From Candidatus Gastranaerophilales bacterium (lineage in GTDB: Bacteria > Cyanobacteriota > Vampirovibrionia > Gastranaerophilales > Gastranaerophilaceae): a DNA stretch of 64,000 bases. The DNA lies in the NCBI GenBank assembly GCA_944324245.1, contig CALUVO010000009.1:19793-83792 (forward strand). Reading direction: 5' to 3'. Below the pieces are notes generated by a model. That model was given only the letters and a program-made list of their open reading frames with translations. It ran no database searches and was not told the DNA's origin. Positions 28,231 through 37,800 of the stretch are shown piece by piece. Positions within the stretch are counted from its first letter, which is position 1. Each line of letters starts with the position of its first letter. The position numbers and the translations under genes were made by a program.

Positions 28231-28685
28231 TGAAAAAATTATTATTAGTATTTATGGCATTTATACTTACAGGAGGCGCTATGACCATGGCAAAAGAACT
28301 CGAACAACCTTTTGCAAAAGGAGAAATCAATCCTTACAACAAATTTTTTACAGGTACTACACACCTGCAAAGGCTTGTTGCAAAAGACGATATCTGGAAT
28401 TCTTCCATTGCAAACGTAACTTTTGATAAAGGCGCCAGAACAAACTGGCATAAACACTCGGGCGGGCAGATTCTTCTTGTAACTGCAGGCGAAGGCCGTT
28501 ATCAGGAAAAAGGAAAAGAAATTCAAATCCTTAAAAAAGGTGATGTGGTAAAAATTCCGCCGAATGTTGAACACTGGCATGGCGCAGCACCGAAGAGCGA
28601 ATTTGCGCATATCTCTATAGAGCCAAATTTGCCGAATAACGAAACTACATGGCTTGAACCCGTAACAGACAAAGAATATAAGTAG
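28230..28685 (+). CDS. Secreted cupin-domain protein
   Basis: 'WHKHSGGQILLVTAGEGRYQEKG' and 'VEHWHGA' cupin motifs. Confidence 0.75.
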   Translation: MKKLLLVFMAFILTGGAMTMAKELEQPFAKGEINPYNKFFTGTTHLQRLVAKDDIWNSSIANVTFDKGARTNWHKHSGGQILLVTAGEGRYQEKGKEIQILKKGDVVKIPPNVEHWHGAAPKSEFAHISIEPNLPNNETTWLEPVTDKEYK

Positions 28686-29534
28686 GTGAAAATTATGATA
28701 AAAAAAATACTGGCGCTGCTTATTGTATTAACGGTTCTACAGAGCTGTGTTTTTGCAAAAGCAGCAAAAAATGAGGATAAAAACATGACAAGAACAGATA
28801 TTTGCAAAGAAAATTATAAAACACTTTTTGGCGGAGAAGCTTTACCGGCAACAGGCGATGACCCTGAAATGATGGCAATTTTGCAAAAATACATCTTTGG
28901 TGAAGTTTTTACTGTGGGCAATCTGGACATAAGAACACGTGAGATGCTTACCGTCACATCACTGGCTGTTCAGCAGACTATGCCGCAGCTAAAAGCACAT
29001 ATTAATGCAGCTTTAAATATCGGAGTAACCCCGATAGAGCTAAGAGAATCGATTTACCAGCTTGCTCCGTTTATCGGCTTCCCGAAAACTTTGAATGCTT
29101 TAGGTGTTCTAAACGAAGTATTTAAAGAAAGAGGAATAAAAACACCTCTTGAATCAACTGCAACCGTTAAAGAGAATGAACGCTATCAAAAAGGTTTTGA
29201 AATTCAAAATCCTTTATATGGTGATGAAATTAAAGAATCAATGAATAGTTTGCCTGATGATATGGGGGCTGATGTTGCAAGATTTTTGACAGAAGTCTGC
29301 TTTGGTGACTTTTATACAAGAAAAGGTCTCGATATTAAAACCAGAGAACTGCTTTTTATTGCAGCTCTTGTTACAACCGGAAATACTGAAACTTTAAAAA
29401 GTCATATTAAAGGTAATTTAAAAGCAGGAAACTCAAAAGAAACAATTGTTTCAGCAATTATTCAGTGCCTGCCGTATGTAGGATTCCCTGATACTTTAGC
29501 GGCTTTAAGAGTATTAAATGAAGAGTTGAAATAA
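28686..29534 (+). CDS. Carboxymuconolactone decarboxylase (CMD/AhpD-like) family protein, two CMD repeats
   Basis: 'TRELLTVTSLAVQQTMPQLKAHINAALNIGVTPIEL' and a second 'TRELLFIAALVTTGNTETLKSHIKGNLKAGNSKETI'. Confidence 0.75.
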   Translation: MKIMIKKILALLIVLTVLQSCVFAKAAKNEDKNMTRTDICKENYKTLFGGEALPATGDDPEMMAILQKYIFGEVFTVGNLDIRTREMLTVTSLAVQQTMPQLKAHINAALNIGVTPIELRESIYQLAPFIGFPKTLNALGVLNEVFKERGIKTPLESTATVKENERYQKGFEIQNPLYGDEIKESMNSLPDDMGADVARFLTEVCFGDFYTRKGLDIKTRELLFIAALVTTGNTETLKSHIKGNLKAGNSKETIVSAIIQCLPYVGFPDTLAALRVLNEELK

Positions 29535-29565
29535 TTTTAAAAGTTCATTATAGAATAAAAAGAAA

Positions 29566-29588
29566 GAAAGGGGCTCTTCGCCCCTTTC
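29566..29588. terminator. GC-rich hairpin between convergent genes
   Basis: 'gaaaggggc tcttc gcccctttc'. The A/T tracts are only partial. Confidence 0.5.
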
Positions 29589-29711
29589 CATTCTAAATGA
29601 ACATAAAGTCAGTATTTTTAACTGATGTATATATAAAGATTTATTTTTTACAGAAATTGCAAAATAACAAAAAATTGTAATATATTGTTACTTGTTTTCT
29701 GATTTTAAAAT

Positions 29712-30320
29712 TTATATCTTTTCCGAATTTTCGTCACCTATAAACCACTCTATAAGCGGTTTCTTTTCTCCGAATGAAAAATTATATCCACGTTCAAAAT
29801 CAGGATTTGTTAAAAAGTCATAACTTATATTAAAAGCTACCGGTTCTTCTTCTATGCCCGTAGCTTTATATTTTTCGGAAGATATTTTCTCTCCGCTGTC
29901 ATCTATAACATTTGCATAGTTGTATCCCTTAAAACAGCAGAACGGGACTTTTATTTTTCCGTTTTCATCATATGATAACAATCCGAACGTACGGCAGACA
30001 ATCCCTCTGTAGTTATATACGGTGCAGGCATCGTTTATCAAAAAAGGACAATCATATAAAAAAGTTTCTCCTTTTTTAGCGTTTTTCTTATCCTGTTCAA
30101 TTTTCTTGATATTAGACACAATAACTGCTCTTGTGTCATCGTCTAACTGCATTGCACCTTGCATAAGCAAGTCAATTTCAATTTCCGAGTAAGGAAACTC
30201 TGCATTTTTGCAGCACATTGCGCACCCTTTTTGGCATGCTATATAAGGTCTTTGCATATCAAAAAATTTCGTTAATTTTTCATCCAAAGACTTCAAATAA
30301 ATAACATAATTTTCTAACAT
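29712..30320 (-). CDS. YkgJ/UPF0153-like cysteine-cluster protein
   Basis: 'CQKGCAMCC' near the N-terminus and 'CPFL...C' later. The motif spacing is slightly atypical. Confidence 0.5.
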   Translation of the reverse strand: MLENYVIYLKSLDEKLTKFFDMQRPYIACQKGCAMCCKNAEFPYSEIEIDLLMQGAMQLDDDTRAVIVSNIKKIEQDKKNAKKGETFLYDCPFLINDACTVYNYRGIVCRTFGLLSYDENGKIKVPFCCFKGYNYANVIDDSGEKISSEKYKATGIEEEPVAFNISYDFLTNPDFERGYNFSFGEKKPLIEWFIGDENSEKI

Positions 30321-30459
30321 TGTTTCTCCCTGTAAAACATTGCTATACTAAAAGCAAACAACTTTTTTATTACCGAACCTTGAAAGTTATTTGCTGATAT
30401 TTTTTTATATTTTTTGATTTAATAATATTTTATTATTATTGCTTTAATAATGCACCAAT

Positions 30460-31296
30460 TTAATAATTTATAATGGATTGTACGAACTCTGGGTCGTAGT
30501 GGTTTATAAAGAGACTTTCGCCTTTGTCCAGACTTCTCAAAGTTGCCATATCATCTTTGGAAAGTTCAAAATCAAATATTTCAAAATTTTCTTTCATTCT
30601 TTCTTTGTGTGTAGATTTTGGAATAACAATGACATTTTCCTGTGTTAAAAATCTCAACGCAACCTGTGCAGCTGTTTTATTGTATTTGTCACCTATTGAT
30701 TTCAAAACTTCATTGTTAAAGAAATTGTTTTCGCCTCTTGCCATAGGACTCCACGACATAAGCTGCGTATTGTATTTATCCATATATTCGCGCAAAGTTT
30801 TTTCCTGCTGAAATACGTGTGTTTCCATCTGGTTAACCATAGGTTTAATTTCAACAAAATTACACAAATCGACAAATCTGTCAGGGAAAAAGTTTCTGAC
30901 TCCGATTGCTCTTGTCTTGCCGTCTTTATAGGCTTTTTCCATAGCTCTATAGGTTCCGTAATAATCGCCGAACGGCTGGTGGATTAAGAGCAAATCCACA
31001 TAATCTGTTTGTAATTTTTTCAAAGATTCTTCAATGGACTTTGCGGCTTTTTCTTCGCCTGAGTTTGTTATCCAGACTTTTGTCACAAGAAAAAACTCAT
31101 CCCGTTTAATCCCGGATTTTTTGATGGCAGCTCCGACACCTTCTTCATTATAATATGCCTGTGCCGTATCAATCATTCTGTAACCGACATCAATAGCGTC
31201 TGTTACGCATCTTTCGCATTCTTTCGGGTCAACAAGAAATACCCCGTAGCCTAAAATAGGCATTTCAACACCGTTATTTAATTTTATTGTCTGCAT
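30460..31296 (-). CDS. Aldo/keto reductase (2,5-diketo-D-gluconate reductase-like)
   Basis: 'GYRMIDTAQAYYNEEGVG' and 'LLLIHQP'. About 278 aa, as in the AKR small subfamily. Confidence 0.85.
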   Translation of the reverse strand: MQTIKLNNGVEMPILGYGVFLVDPKECERCVTDAIDVGYRMIDTAQAYYNEEGVGAAIKKSGIKRDEFFLVTKVWITNSGEEKAAKSIEESLKKLQTDYVDLLLIHQPFGDYYGTYRAMEKAYKDGKTRAIGVRNFFPDRFVDLCNFVEIKPMVNQMETHVFQQEKTLREYMDKYNTQLMSWSPMARGENNFFNNEVLKSIGDKYNKTAAQVALRFLTQENVIVIPKSTHKERMKENFEIFDFELSKDDMATLRSLDKGESLFINHYDPEFVQSIINY

Positions 31297-31458
31297 ATTT
31301 ATTCTCCTTTTGTTGGGTAGCTAAATCTTTTTGAATTGATAATATTTATTATGTAAGAATTTATAAAGAAAACAATCTTTTTTATTTGTTCATTTTTTCT
31401 TTTTGTTGCGATGCAAAAAGAAAAAACGAACCAAAAAAGAAAAACACGCTAATTAAAA

Positions 31459-31540
31459 ACAGACTCTAATGCATTTATCTCCAAAATTTTCTAAACGCTT
31501 ACGCTAACGAAAATTTTGTTCGTAAATACAAAGAGTCTGT
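31459..31540. repeat. Nested long hairpin in an ORF-free gap
   Basis: acagactct (31459-31467) pairs with agagtctgt (31532-31540). It encloses aaaattttc (31483-31491) paired with gaaaatttt (31509-31517). Confidence 0.6.
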
Positions 31541-31608
31541 AATTAAAGTTACAACGGCAAAGCCGTAGACACTATGTGTGCAGCTTCGCTGCAAATTGTT
31601 TTATGTTT

Positions 31609-31934
31609 TACAGATAATTGTTAAAAAAAGACCTTTGCGTAGTGAATTACAGAAAGTTGCATATACAACATCAAACGAGGTACTGTCCGAGGCACGGGGA
31701 AATTATTGCGGATTTTGCGTAGGCTGTAGCGAAGCGAAACGCCGAAGTAACGCCGAAATAGTGAGCGATGTTTTGTTCTGCAAAACAATGCGAACGACTT
31801 GAAGGCGTGAAGCAATAATCCAAGACTATAAATATTTTTATTAAAGCAATTTTGACGTGCCGAGTTGCCGAGTCGGGTATATGCTACTTTCTGTTTGAAC
31901 GAAGCAGCAGGTCGACTTTTAATAATTATCTGTA
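31609..31934. repeat. 326-bp element bounded by imperfect ~60-bp terminal inverted repeats (MITE-like, or a long hairpin RNA)
   Basis: 31609-31626 versus rc 31917-31934 (17/18). 31649-31666 versus rc 31877-31894 (17/18). The interior is G/C-enriched and has no credible ORF. Confidence 0.6.
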
Positions 31935-32002
31935 TAAATTTCTGTCGGATTGTCAATGTACGATTGCTTAATGAATTACCCTAAAAATAGCCTATATCGA
32001 GA

Positions 32003-32665
32003 TTATTCTCCTTGTAAAATACGTTTTGCCATTGTTGCACCCGCATCATAAGCTTTTTGTAAATCTTTCGGGAACTGTTCTTCTTTATGTTTTAATTTTT
32101 TATTTTTATCAAATGTTTCGACAACATATTTGTTATAATCGTTGAATTGATATGTATCATACGCAAAAATTCGCTCAGGTTTTGTGAATACTGTTTCTAT
32201 CATAAACTCTGTTCTGTTGAACATATCAGGATACATTTGATTAGCCAGTTCTTCTGTAACATTCATTGTATAAATCATTGCTGTTTTAAGCCTTTTGGGG
32301 GCAATTGAAGGATAGCCCTGCTTGTATTCAAAAAATGGAAACGTAAGGCGCTCAATAAAACATCTCATCATACCTGTTACATCGCCGCAGTATATTGGAC
32401 TTGCCAGAACAATCACGTCTGCTTGTGAGATTTTATCTAATAATGGCGTTAATTCATCCGGATATGCACATCTGCCAAAGTCTTTTCCATCTTTTAATTT
32501 ACACGAAAAACAGCTTCTGCATCCTTTAAAATCAAGGTCATAAAGATGAACAATTTCAACATCTGCACCGTTGTTTTTTGCTCCTTTAGCAAAACTCTCG
32601 CACATTTGAGAGGTATTCCATTTCTTCCTCGGTGAGGCATTAATTATATATATTTTTTTTGTCAT
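32003..32665 (-). CDS. Flavodoxin-like NAD(P)H-dependent FMN reductase (iron-sulfur flavoprotein-like)
   Basis: 'IYIINASPRKKWNTS', 'CRSCFSCK' and 'ADVIVLASPIYCGDVTG'. Confidence 0.75.
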   Translation of the reverse strand: MTKKIYIINASPRKKWNTSQMCESFAKGAKNNGADVEIVHLYDLDFKGCRSCFSCKLKDGKDFGRCAYPDELTPLLDKISQADVIVLASPIYCGDVTGMMRCFIERLTFPFFEYKQGYPSIAPKRLKTAMIYTMNVTEELANQMYPDMFNRTEFMIETVFTKPERIFAYDTYQFNDYNKYVVETFDKNKKLKHKEEQFPKDLQKAYDAGATMAKRILQGE

Positions 32666-32714
32666 TATAGTCTCCCTTTTTATTAAAGAGTCTGGAACAG
32701 TGTCCTTATCTCCA

Positions 32715-33293
32715 TTACAGCCACTCTTCCGCCCATTTTTGCAATTCGTCTTCCTCTACAGTCACGGGAAAACATTTGCCAGCAAAGACTTTTGCCTTAG
32801 GAACAAGGGCTTGCATATTTTTACCGGAATTTCCGATAGGGCTGCCGCCTGAAGTTGCAAAAGGTATAATGATTTTTCCTGAAAAATCATAAGATTCCAT
32901 AAATGTGTCAATAATAGAAGGCTCTCTGTACCACCATACAGGGAATCCGACAAAAACAACGTTATAAGCCTGCATGTTTTCTACTTTTGAAGAAATAGCC
33001 GGACGGCTTGATTTATCATTCATTTCTACAGAACTTCTGCTTTTAGGGTTCTGCCAGTTCAAGTCATCAGCTGTATAAGGCTGTGCCGGAACGATTTTAA
33101 ACAAATCTGCACCGGTTGTTTTAGCTAATTTTTCAGCTACTTTTTCAGTTGTTCCTGTTGCCGAAAAATATGCAACCAGTACTTTTTTATCTGTCATAAT
33201 TTCCTCCTTTGTATTTAAACTACAGCCTGTTAATATAACTAAACATCCAGCCAATATTACACAAAATGATAATATCAAAGCATATTTTTTCAT
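32715..33293 (-). CDS. Flavodoxin with lipoprotein signal peptide
   Basis: 'MKKYALILSFCVILAGC' lipobox, then 'VLVAYFSATGTTEKVAEKLA'. The start is set at ATG 33293. Confidence 0.7.
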   Translation of the reverse strand: MKKYALILSFCVILAGCLVILTGCSLNTKEEIMTDKKVLVAYFSATGTTEKVAEKLAKTTGADLFKIVPAQPYTADDLNWQNPKSRSSVEMNDKSSRPAISSKVENMQAYNVVFVGFPVWWYREPSIIDTFMESYDFSGKIIIPFATSGGSPIGNSGKNMQALVPKAKVFAGKCFPVTVEEDELQKWAEEWL

Positions 33294-33475
33294 TATTTTA
33301 TTACCTTTCCAAAAAACTTCTCTGCCTGTGTATTGTATAACATAATTTTGCACTATACACTACAGGTCTGTACTACCCTCTTACCCGAATTTGCAGATAC
33401 TTTATCTTGAAAATATTTTTTCATAACAGGACCCATTATTTTTAGCAATATTATTTTATTATTTGATAGCAGCTA

Positions 33476-34492
33476 TCAGTCAATAGTTTCTCCTTTATAA
33501 TCTATCGCTTTAACCGTTCCGAGTTTGTGGATATCCTCGTCTGTGCGGTTGCCATAGATTGTAATTTTATTCAATTCTTTTTCGATATTGTTAAATTCTT
33601 CATCCGTGAGAATAATATCAGCTGCGCCAAGGTTTTCTATTACTCTTTCATCTTTTCTCATACCCGGAATCGGTACAACGTGAGGATATTTATGAAGCAT
33701 CCATGCTAAAGAAATTTGAGCCGGAGTAATACCCTTTTTATTTGCGACTTCATTTAACAAATCCAATAGCGGCTGATTTTTCTCAACGTTTTCTGGTGCA
33801 AACCTTGTGATTACTCGTCTGACATCATCGCCTTTATATTGAGTGTTTTTATTATATTTGCCGCTTAAAAATCCGCTTGCCATAGGCGAAAAAGCTACAA
33901 ATCCGATATTTAACTCCTTGCACAGAGGTATAACGTCTTTTTCAAACATCCGCTCCATCATTGAATATTCGCTTTGAATAGCTGTCAACGGAGTAACTGC
34001 GTGGGCTTTTTTAATCTGTTCGGGTGTCGACTGTGACTGTCCCCACGCACGGATTTTGCCTTCTTTAATAAATTCGCCCATCCAGCCTGCAACTTCTTCC
34101 ACATTAGAATCTAAAGGCACTCTGTGTTCATAATAGATGTCAATATAATCAGTTTGTAGTCGTTTTAAAGAAGCATTCAGAGCATTAGTAACACCTTTTT
34201 TGCTAAGTTTACCTTCAGGAATTTCCTGCTCCGGCTGGAATACAGGAACAAATTTTGTTGTAAGTATAATTTTATCTCTGAAAGGCTTAACCGCTTTGCC
34301 TACGAGAGTTTCGTTTGTATAAGGACCGTAAGCTTCTGCCGTATCAAAAAGTGTGCATCCTAAGTCAAAAGCTTTGTGCATAAGTCTAATTGATTCTTCC
34401 TCGGTCGGTATCGCACCGTAACCGTGAGAAAATCCCATACAGCCGATACCGACAGCAGATACTTCAATATCTCTAAGCTTTCTGTATTTCAT
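33476..34492 (-). CDS. Aldo/keto reductase (Tas/YajO-like, ~338 aa)
   Basis: 'GIGCMGFSHGYG', 'LFDTAEAYGPYTNE' and 'IDIYYEHRV'. Confidence 0.85.
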   Translation of the reverse strand: MKYRKLRDIEVSAVGIGCMGFSHGYGAIPTEEESIRLMHKAFDLGCTLFDTAEAYGPYTNETLVGKAVKPFRDKIILTTKFVPVFQPEQEIPEGKLSKKGVTNALNASLKRLQTDYIDIYYEHRVPLDSNVEEVAGWMGEFIKEGKIRAWGQSQSTPEQIKKAHAVTPLTAIQSEYSMMERMFEKDVIPLCKELNIGFVAFSPMASGFLSGKYNKNTQYKGDDVRRVITRFAPENVEKNQPLLDLLNEVANKKGITPAQISLAWMLHKYPHVVPIPGMRKDERVIENLGAADIILTDEEFNNIEKELNKITIYGNRTDEDIHKLGTVKAIDYKGETID

Positions 34493-34505
34493 AATTAATT
34501 CTCCT

Positions 34506-35123
34506 TTATTTCAGATATGGCTTAAATATAGCCGTGAGTTGAACATCGCAAAATTTGTCTGTCCAGTCTAACGGTTCAAATTTTCCGTCTGACATGCACC
34601 AGCAAAGCATCATGCCGTAAAGCTCGCTGATTATAATATGGGTTAATAACTCAACAGGAGTATCTTCTTTAAGTTCCTTTGCATTTTTCAGGATACTTTC
34701 AAGCATTTCGTAATCATAGAACCATTTTTTGCTGTCCATTGTTTCCGGTACATTATTCGGGTCAATTACATTTCTTATCCACTCTCGACAAATTTGTATC
34801 CCGCAAAATTCAACCTGTTCCATAAAACGGCGAAAATAATGCCTGAGTCTGTCAAACAATTCAGCATTTTCCATTTGTTCAAGTTCATCAGTAATTTCTC
34901 CAAACGGCGTTCTGCTGATTTCCATAACAATATCTTCTTTGCGTTTAAAATAAACATAGAAGGTACCTTTTGCAACACCGGCTTTTTTTGTAATATCTTC
35001 GACATTAATTGCGTCAAAGCCTTTTTCTTTAATAAGCTCCAACCCTGCGGATATAAGTTTTCGTTTAGTTTCAATGGCTGATTTTTGTCTTTTATTCATT
35101 AAATCACCTGTTTTGCTTTTCAA
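34506..35123 (-). CDS. TetR/AcrR-family transcriptional regulator
   Basis: N-terminal HTH 'ETKRKLISAGLELIKEKGFDAINVEDITKKAGVAKGTFYVYF'. An alternative ATG lies at 35099. Confidence 0.85.
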   Translation of the reverse strand: MKSKTGDLMNKRQKSAIETKRKLISAGLELIKEKGFDAINVEDITKKAGVAKGTFYVYFKRKEDIVMEISRTPFGEITDELEQMENAELFDRLRHYFRRFMEQVEFCGIQICREWIRNVIDPNNVPETMDSKKWFYDYEMLESILKNAKELKEDTPVELLTHIIISELYGMMLCWCMSDGKFEPLDWTDKFCDVQLTAIFKPYLK

Positions 35124-35141
35124 AAATCAGTATAACTATTT

Positions 35142-35173
35142 ATTGACCTAAAGTCAATGACTCATGGTCAATT
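35142..35173. promoter_or_regulatory. Candidate TetR operator: two overlapping palindromes
   Basis: 'attgac ctaaa gtcaat' (35142-35158) and 'aatgac tcatg gtcaatt' (35156-35173), just upstream of the tetR start. Confidence 0.5.
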
Positions 35174-35217
35174 ATTTATTTTCTATTTTAAGAAAAATTT
35201 ACTGTTATAATACATGT

Positions 35218-35628
35218 ATGTTTTCAAACAGCGATATAAGTGAAATAAAAGCACAATCAATCAGATATTTAATAACGGGCGGCTGGAATACTGTCTTTGG
35301 TATTGTTGTATATGCTTTGCTTATTAAACTTTTCGGGGAAAATCATTACCTGTTGTTAGCTGTTCTGTCTAATATTATAAGTATTACAAATGCCTATATA
35401 TGCTACAAAATTTTCGTTTTTAAAACAAAAGGAAATATCCTGAAAGAATATTTGAAATGCTATGTTGTATATGGTATTTCTATGCTTATGGGACTTTTAA
35501 TTTTGTATATTTTTGTTGATTTGATGCATATTTCACCGGTAATAAGCAACATTATTTCAGTTTTGCTGCTTACTGTTGTCAGTTTTATCGGGCATAGATA
35601 TTTTTCATTCCGGACAAAAAACAAGTAA
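35218..35628 (+). CDS. GtrA-family membrane protein
   Basis: 'RYLITGGWNTVFGIVVYALL' and 4 TM segments. The start is set at ATG 35218. Confidence 0.7.
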   Translation: MFSNSDISEIKAQSIRYLITGGWNTVFGIVVYALLIKLFGENHYLLLAVLSNIISITNAYICYKIFVFKTKGNILKEYLKCYVVYGISMLMGLLILYIFVDLMHISPVISNIISVLLLTVVSFIGHRYFSFRTKNK

Positions 35629-36552
35629 TTATTTACTGTTTTTTTCATCTATTGCAGAGATTATTTCATAACAGATGTCGTTATAAGGAGTTTTTATATT
35701 ATATTTTTTTCCTAACCTGGATATGCAGCCTGCAAAAATATCGACTTCTGTTTGTCGTTTTGCCTCTATATCCTGCAGCATTGATGTTTTTGTTTCCGGC
35801 AGCATTGTCTTTATTACATTTAAAATCTCAGGTATAAGTGTTTCTGTGTTTTTAACACCTTGAGCTTTTGCAATAAGCTGTGCCTCTTTCATTAGATTAA
35901 TAGCAAAGCTATTAACTTTTTCGTATTGCTGAAAGTCTCCATATGATGCATTTAATACAGCAGAGGCTTGATTGTATCCGACATTTACAAGAAATTTCCA
36001 CCACATGGAATATTGCATATCACAAGGTATTTCATAAGGAATTTTTGCTCTGTCAAAAAGCTGCTGTACAAGTTTAACTTTTTGAGACTTTGTTATATTT
36101 TCTTTTTCGCCGAATACCGTTTTAAATACACCATCGTGAATTATGTTTCTGCCTATTCTTGTACTTGTGTGTCCTATATAGTATGAATACAGAATTTTAT
36201 CCCGTCCGTATGCTTTTGCGACTTCTTCTTCACTATTGATACCGTTTAGCAAAGACAAAATTATTGTATCTTTGGATACAAAATTTTTTATTTGAGATAA
36301 AGCCTCTTTTAACCCTGAATTTTTCGTTGCAATAATAATCAAATCAGCCGTAAAATCGCTTTTATCAGGTGTTATAAAATCAAATTTATATTCTTTGCCG
36401 TTAAAAATTGTCGGATTATTTTTATATTTTTCTATTCTTTTGCTGTCAGCAAGAATTTTTATGTTTATATTTTTTGTCTGTGAAAATTTTACGGCATATA
36501 TTGTGCCTATAGCACCTAGACCGCATATAATTACATTATTAATCTGTTTCAT
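35629..36552 (-). CDS. panE: 2-dehydropantoate 2-reductase (ApbA/PanE family)
   Basis: N-terminal Rossmann fold 'VIICGLGAIGTIYA' and the C-terminal ApbA_C-like region 'SMLQDIEAKRQTEVD'. Confidence 0.75.
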   Translation of the reverse strand: MKQINNVIICGLGAIGTIYAVKFSQTKNINIKILADSKRIEKYKNNPTIFNGKEYKFDFITPDKSDFTADLIIIATKNSGLKEALSQIKNFVSKDTIILSLLNGINSEEEVAKAYGRDKILYSYYIGHTSTRIGRNIIHDGVFKTVFGEKENITKSQKVKLVQQLFDRAKIPYEIPCDMQYSMWWKFLVNVGYNQASAVLNASYGDFQQYEKVNSFAINLMKEAQLIAKAQGVKNTETLIPEILNVIKTMLPETKTSMLQDIEAKRQTEVDIFAGCISRLGKKYNIKTPYNDICYEIISAIDEKNSK

Positions 36553-36555
36553 AAT

Positions 36556-37296
36556 TTATTTTATTGTAAATGACGCATTTACTACAGCGTTGATTTTTTT
36601 GTCTTTTGCATTTGTGTTATAGATTCCGTAGTCAGACACATCTGTTGAATCTTTTGCAACGATTTGGAACACCCCCATTTTAGCGGAATTCATTACACCT
36701 ATGTGACCGCCTGTGCTTTTTACCATGCTCTGCGCTCTTTGTTTTGCGTCTTTTGTTGCTTCAGCGAGCATTTTAATCTTTAACTCATTCAGGTTTGAAA
36801 CATAGTATTCAACCATATTAGAGGTTAATTCTACATTTTTGTCCACAAGTTTTACTACATCCTGCGATATCTTTGTTACAGCGTCAACATTTTTTGAAGA
36901 TACTTCTACATTCTGAGATAGTCTGTATCCGTCAATTTCATTTGAATCATAACCGTTAGCAAGTTTTTTGTATACAGGGTATGAAGATACCGGAGTAAAC
37001 TTTATGTCTTCTTCTTTCATACCAGATGCAATCAGAAATTCTTTTACATTATTTTTATCTGCATTTATTTTTGCATAACCGGATTTTAAATCTTTGCTTC
37101 TTGTCTCGTAATAAGCTTTCCACACGGCAAGATCAGAGGAAATTTCCTGTGAGGCTGAGCCGGTTACAGTTATTGTTTGATTCTGAAGTTTTTGATAAGA
37201 AACTACAGCATGAGAAAGAATAAATGTGGAAATCATAGCTCCTAATGCAATAACTATACCCAAAAGTATTATCTGATAATCTTTTATTTCTTTCAT
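36556..37296 (-). CDS. SIMPL-domain (DUF541) protein
   Basis: An N-terminal TM helix, then 'ITVTGSASQEISSDLAVWKAYYE...', typical of the SIMPL/BP26 family. Confidence 0.7.
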   Translation of the reverse strand: MKEIKDYQIILLGIVIALGAMISTFILSHAVVSYQKLQNQTITVTGSASQEISSDLAVWKAYYETRSKDLKSGYAKINADKNNVKEFLIASGMKEEDIKFTPVSSYPVYKKLANGYDSNEIDGYRLSQNVEVSSKNVDAVTKISQDVVKLVDKNVELTSNMVEYYVSNLNELKIKMLAEATKDAKQRAQSMVKSTGGHIGVMNSAKMGVFQIVAKDSTDVSDYGIYNTNAKDKKINAVVNASFTIK

Positions 37297-37363
37297 TATT
37301 AACTCCTTTACTAAATTTTATATAAGTATAATCTATTTTTTTATTTTTTGCTATTATTATTTT

Positions 37364-37705
37364 ATGTTTAGACAAATAGCACCTATAATACTTTTAACAA
37401 TATCAAATATTTTTATGACCTTTGCATGGTATGGTCATTTGAAATATAAAAACACAGCGTTATGGATTGTGATACTTGTAAGCTGGGGTATTGCTTTTTT
37501 TGAATACTGTTTTCAGGTGCCGGCAAACAGAATAGGCTACGGATATTATGATGCAGCTCATTTAAAGACAATACAGGAAGTTATTACTCTTGTTGTGTTC
37601 TGCGGATTTTCTGTTTTTTACCTCAAAGAAGAACTTAAATGGAACTATATAGTAGGCTTTTTATTTATAGTTCTTGCTGTATTTTTTATATTTAAAAAGT
37701 GGTAA
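37364..37705 (+). CDS. DMT-superfamily small membrane protein (DUF486)
   Basis: 113 aa with 4 TM segments and 'FMTFAWYGHLKY'. Confidence 0.65.
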   Translation: MFRQIAPIILLTISNIFMTFAWYGHLKYKNTALWIVILVSWGIAFFEYCFQVPANRIGYGYYDAAHLKTIQEVITLVVFCGFSVFYLKEELKWNYIVGFLFIVLAVFFIFKKW

Positions 37706-37784
37706 TTTCATATATTCTAGTGTCGCGGTTGCCGCCGGCTCACCTATTTAAATGACACTTAAAATTTTTGAAATTACCACTTTT
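37695..37784. terminator. 90-nt extended hairpin between convergent genes, with a GC-rich repeat core
   Basis: A perfect 16-bp stem: aaaagtggtaatttca (37695-37710) with tgaaattaccactttt (37769-37784). The inner stem is agtgtc/gacact. The core 'tctagtgtcgcggttgccgccggc' recurs at 42155. Confidence 0.6.
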
Positions 37785-37800
37785 AATTTTGTGTTAAATT

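Noticed and set aside
31578-31956. ORFs 31578-31802 (+) and 31621-31956 (-) in the long gap between oxidoreductase genes.
   Set aside because: - They overlap each other on opposite strands inside the inverted-repeat element.
- They have no RBS.
- The sequences are Arg/Cys/Phe-rich and not protein-like.
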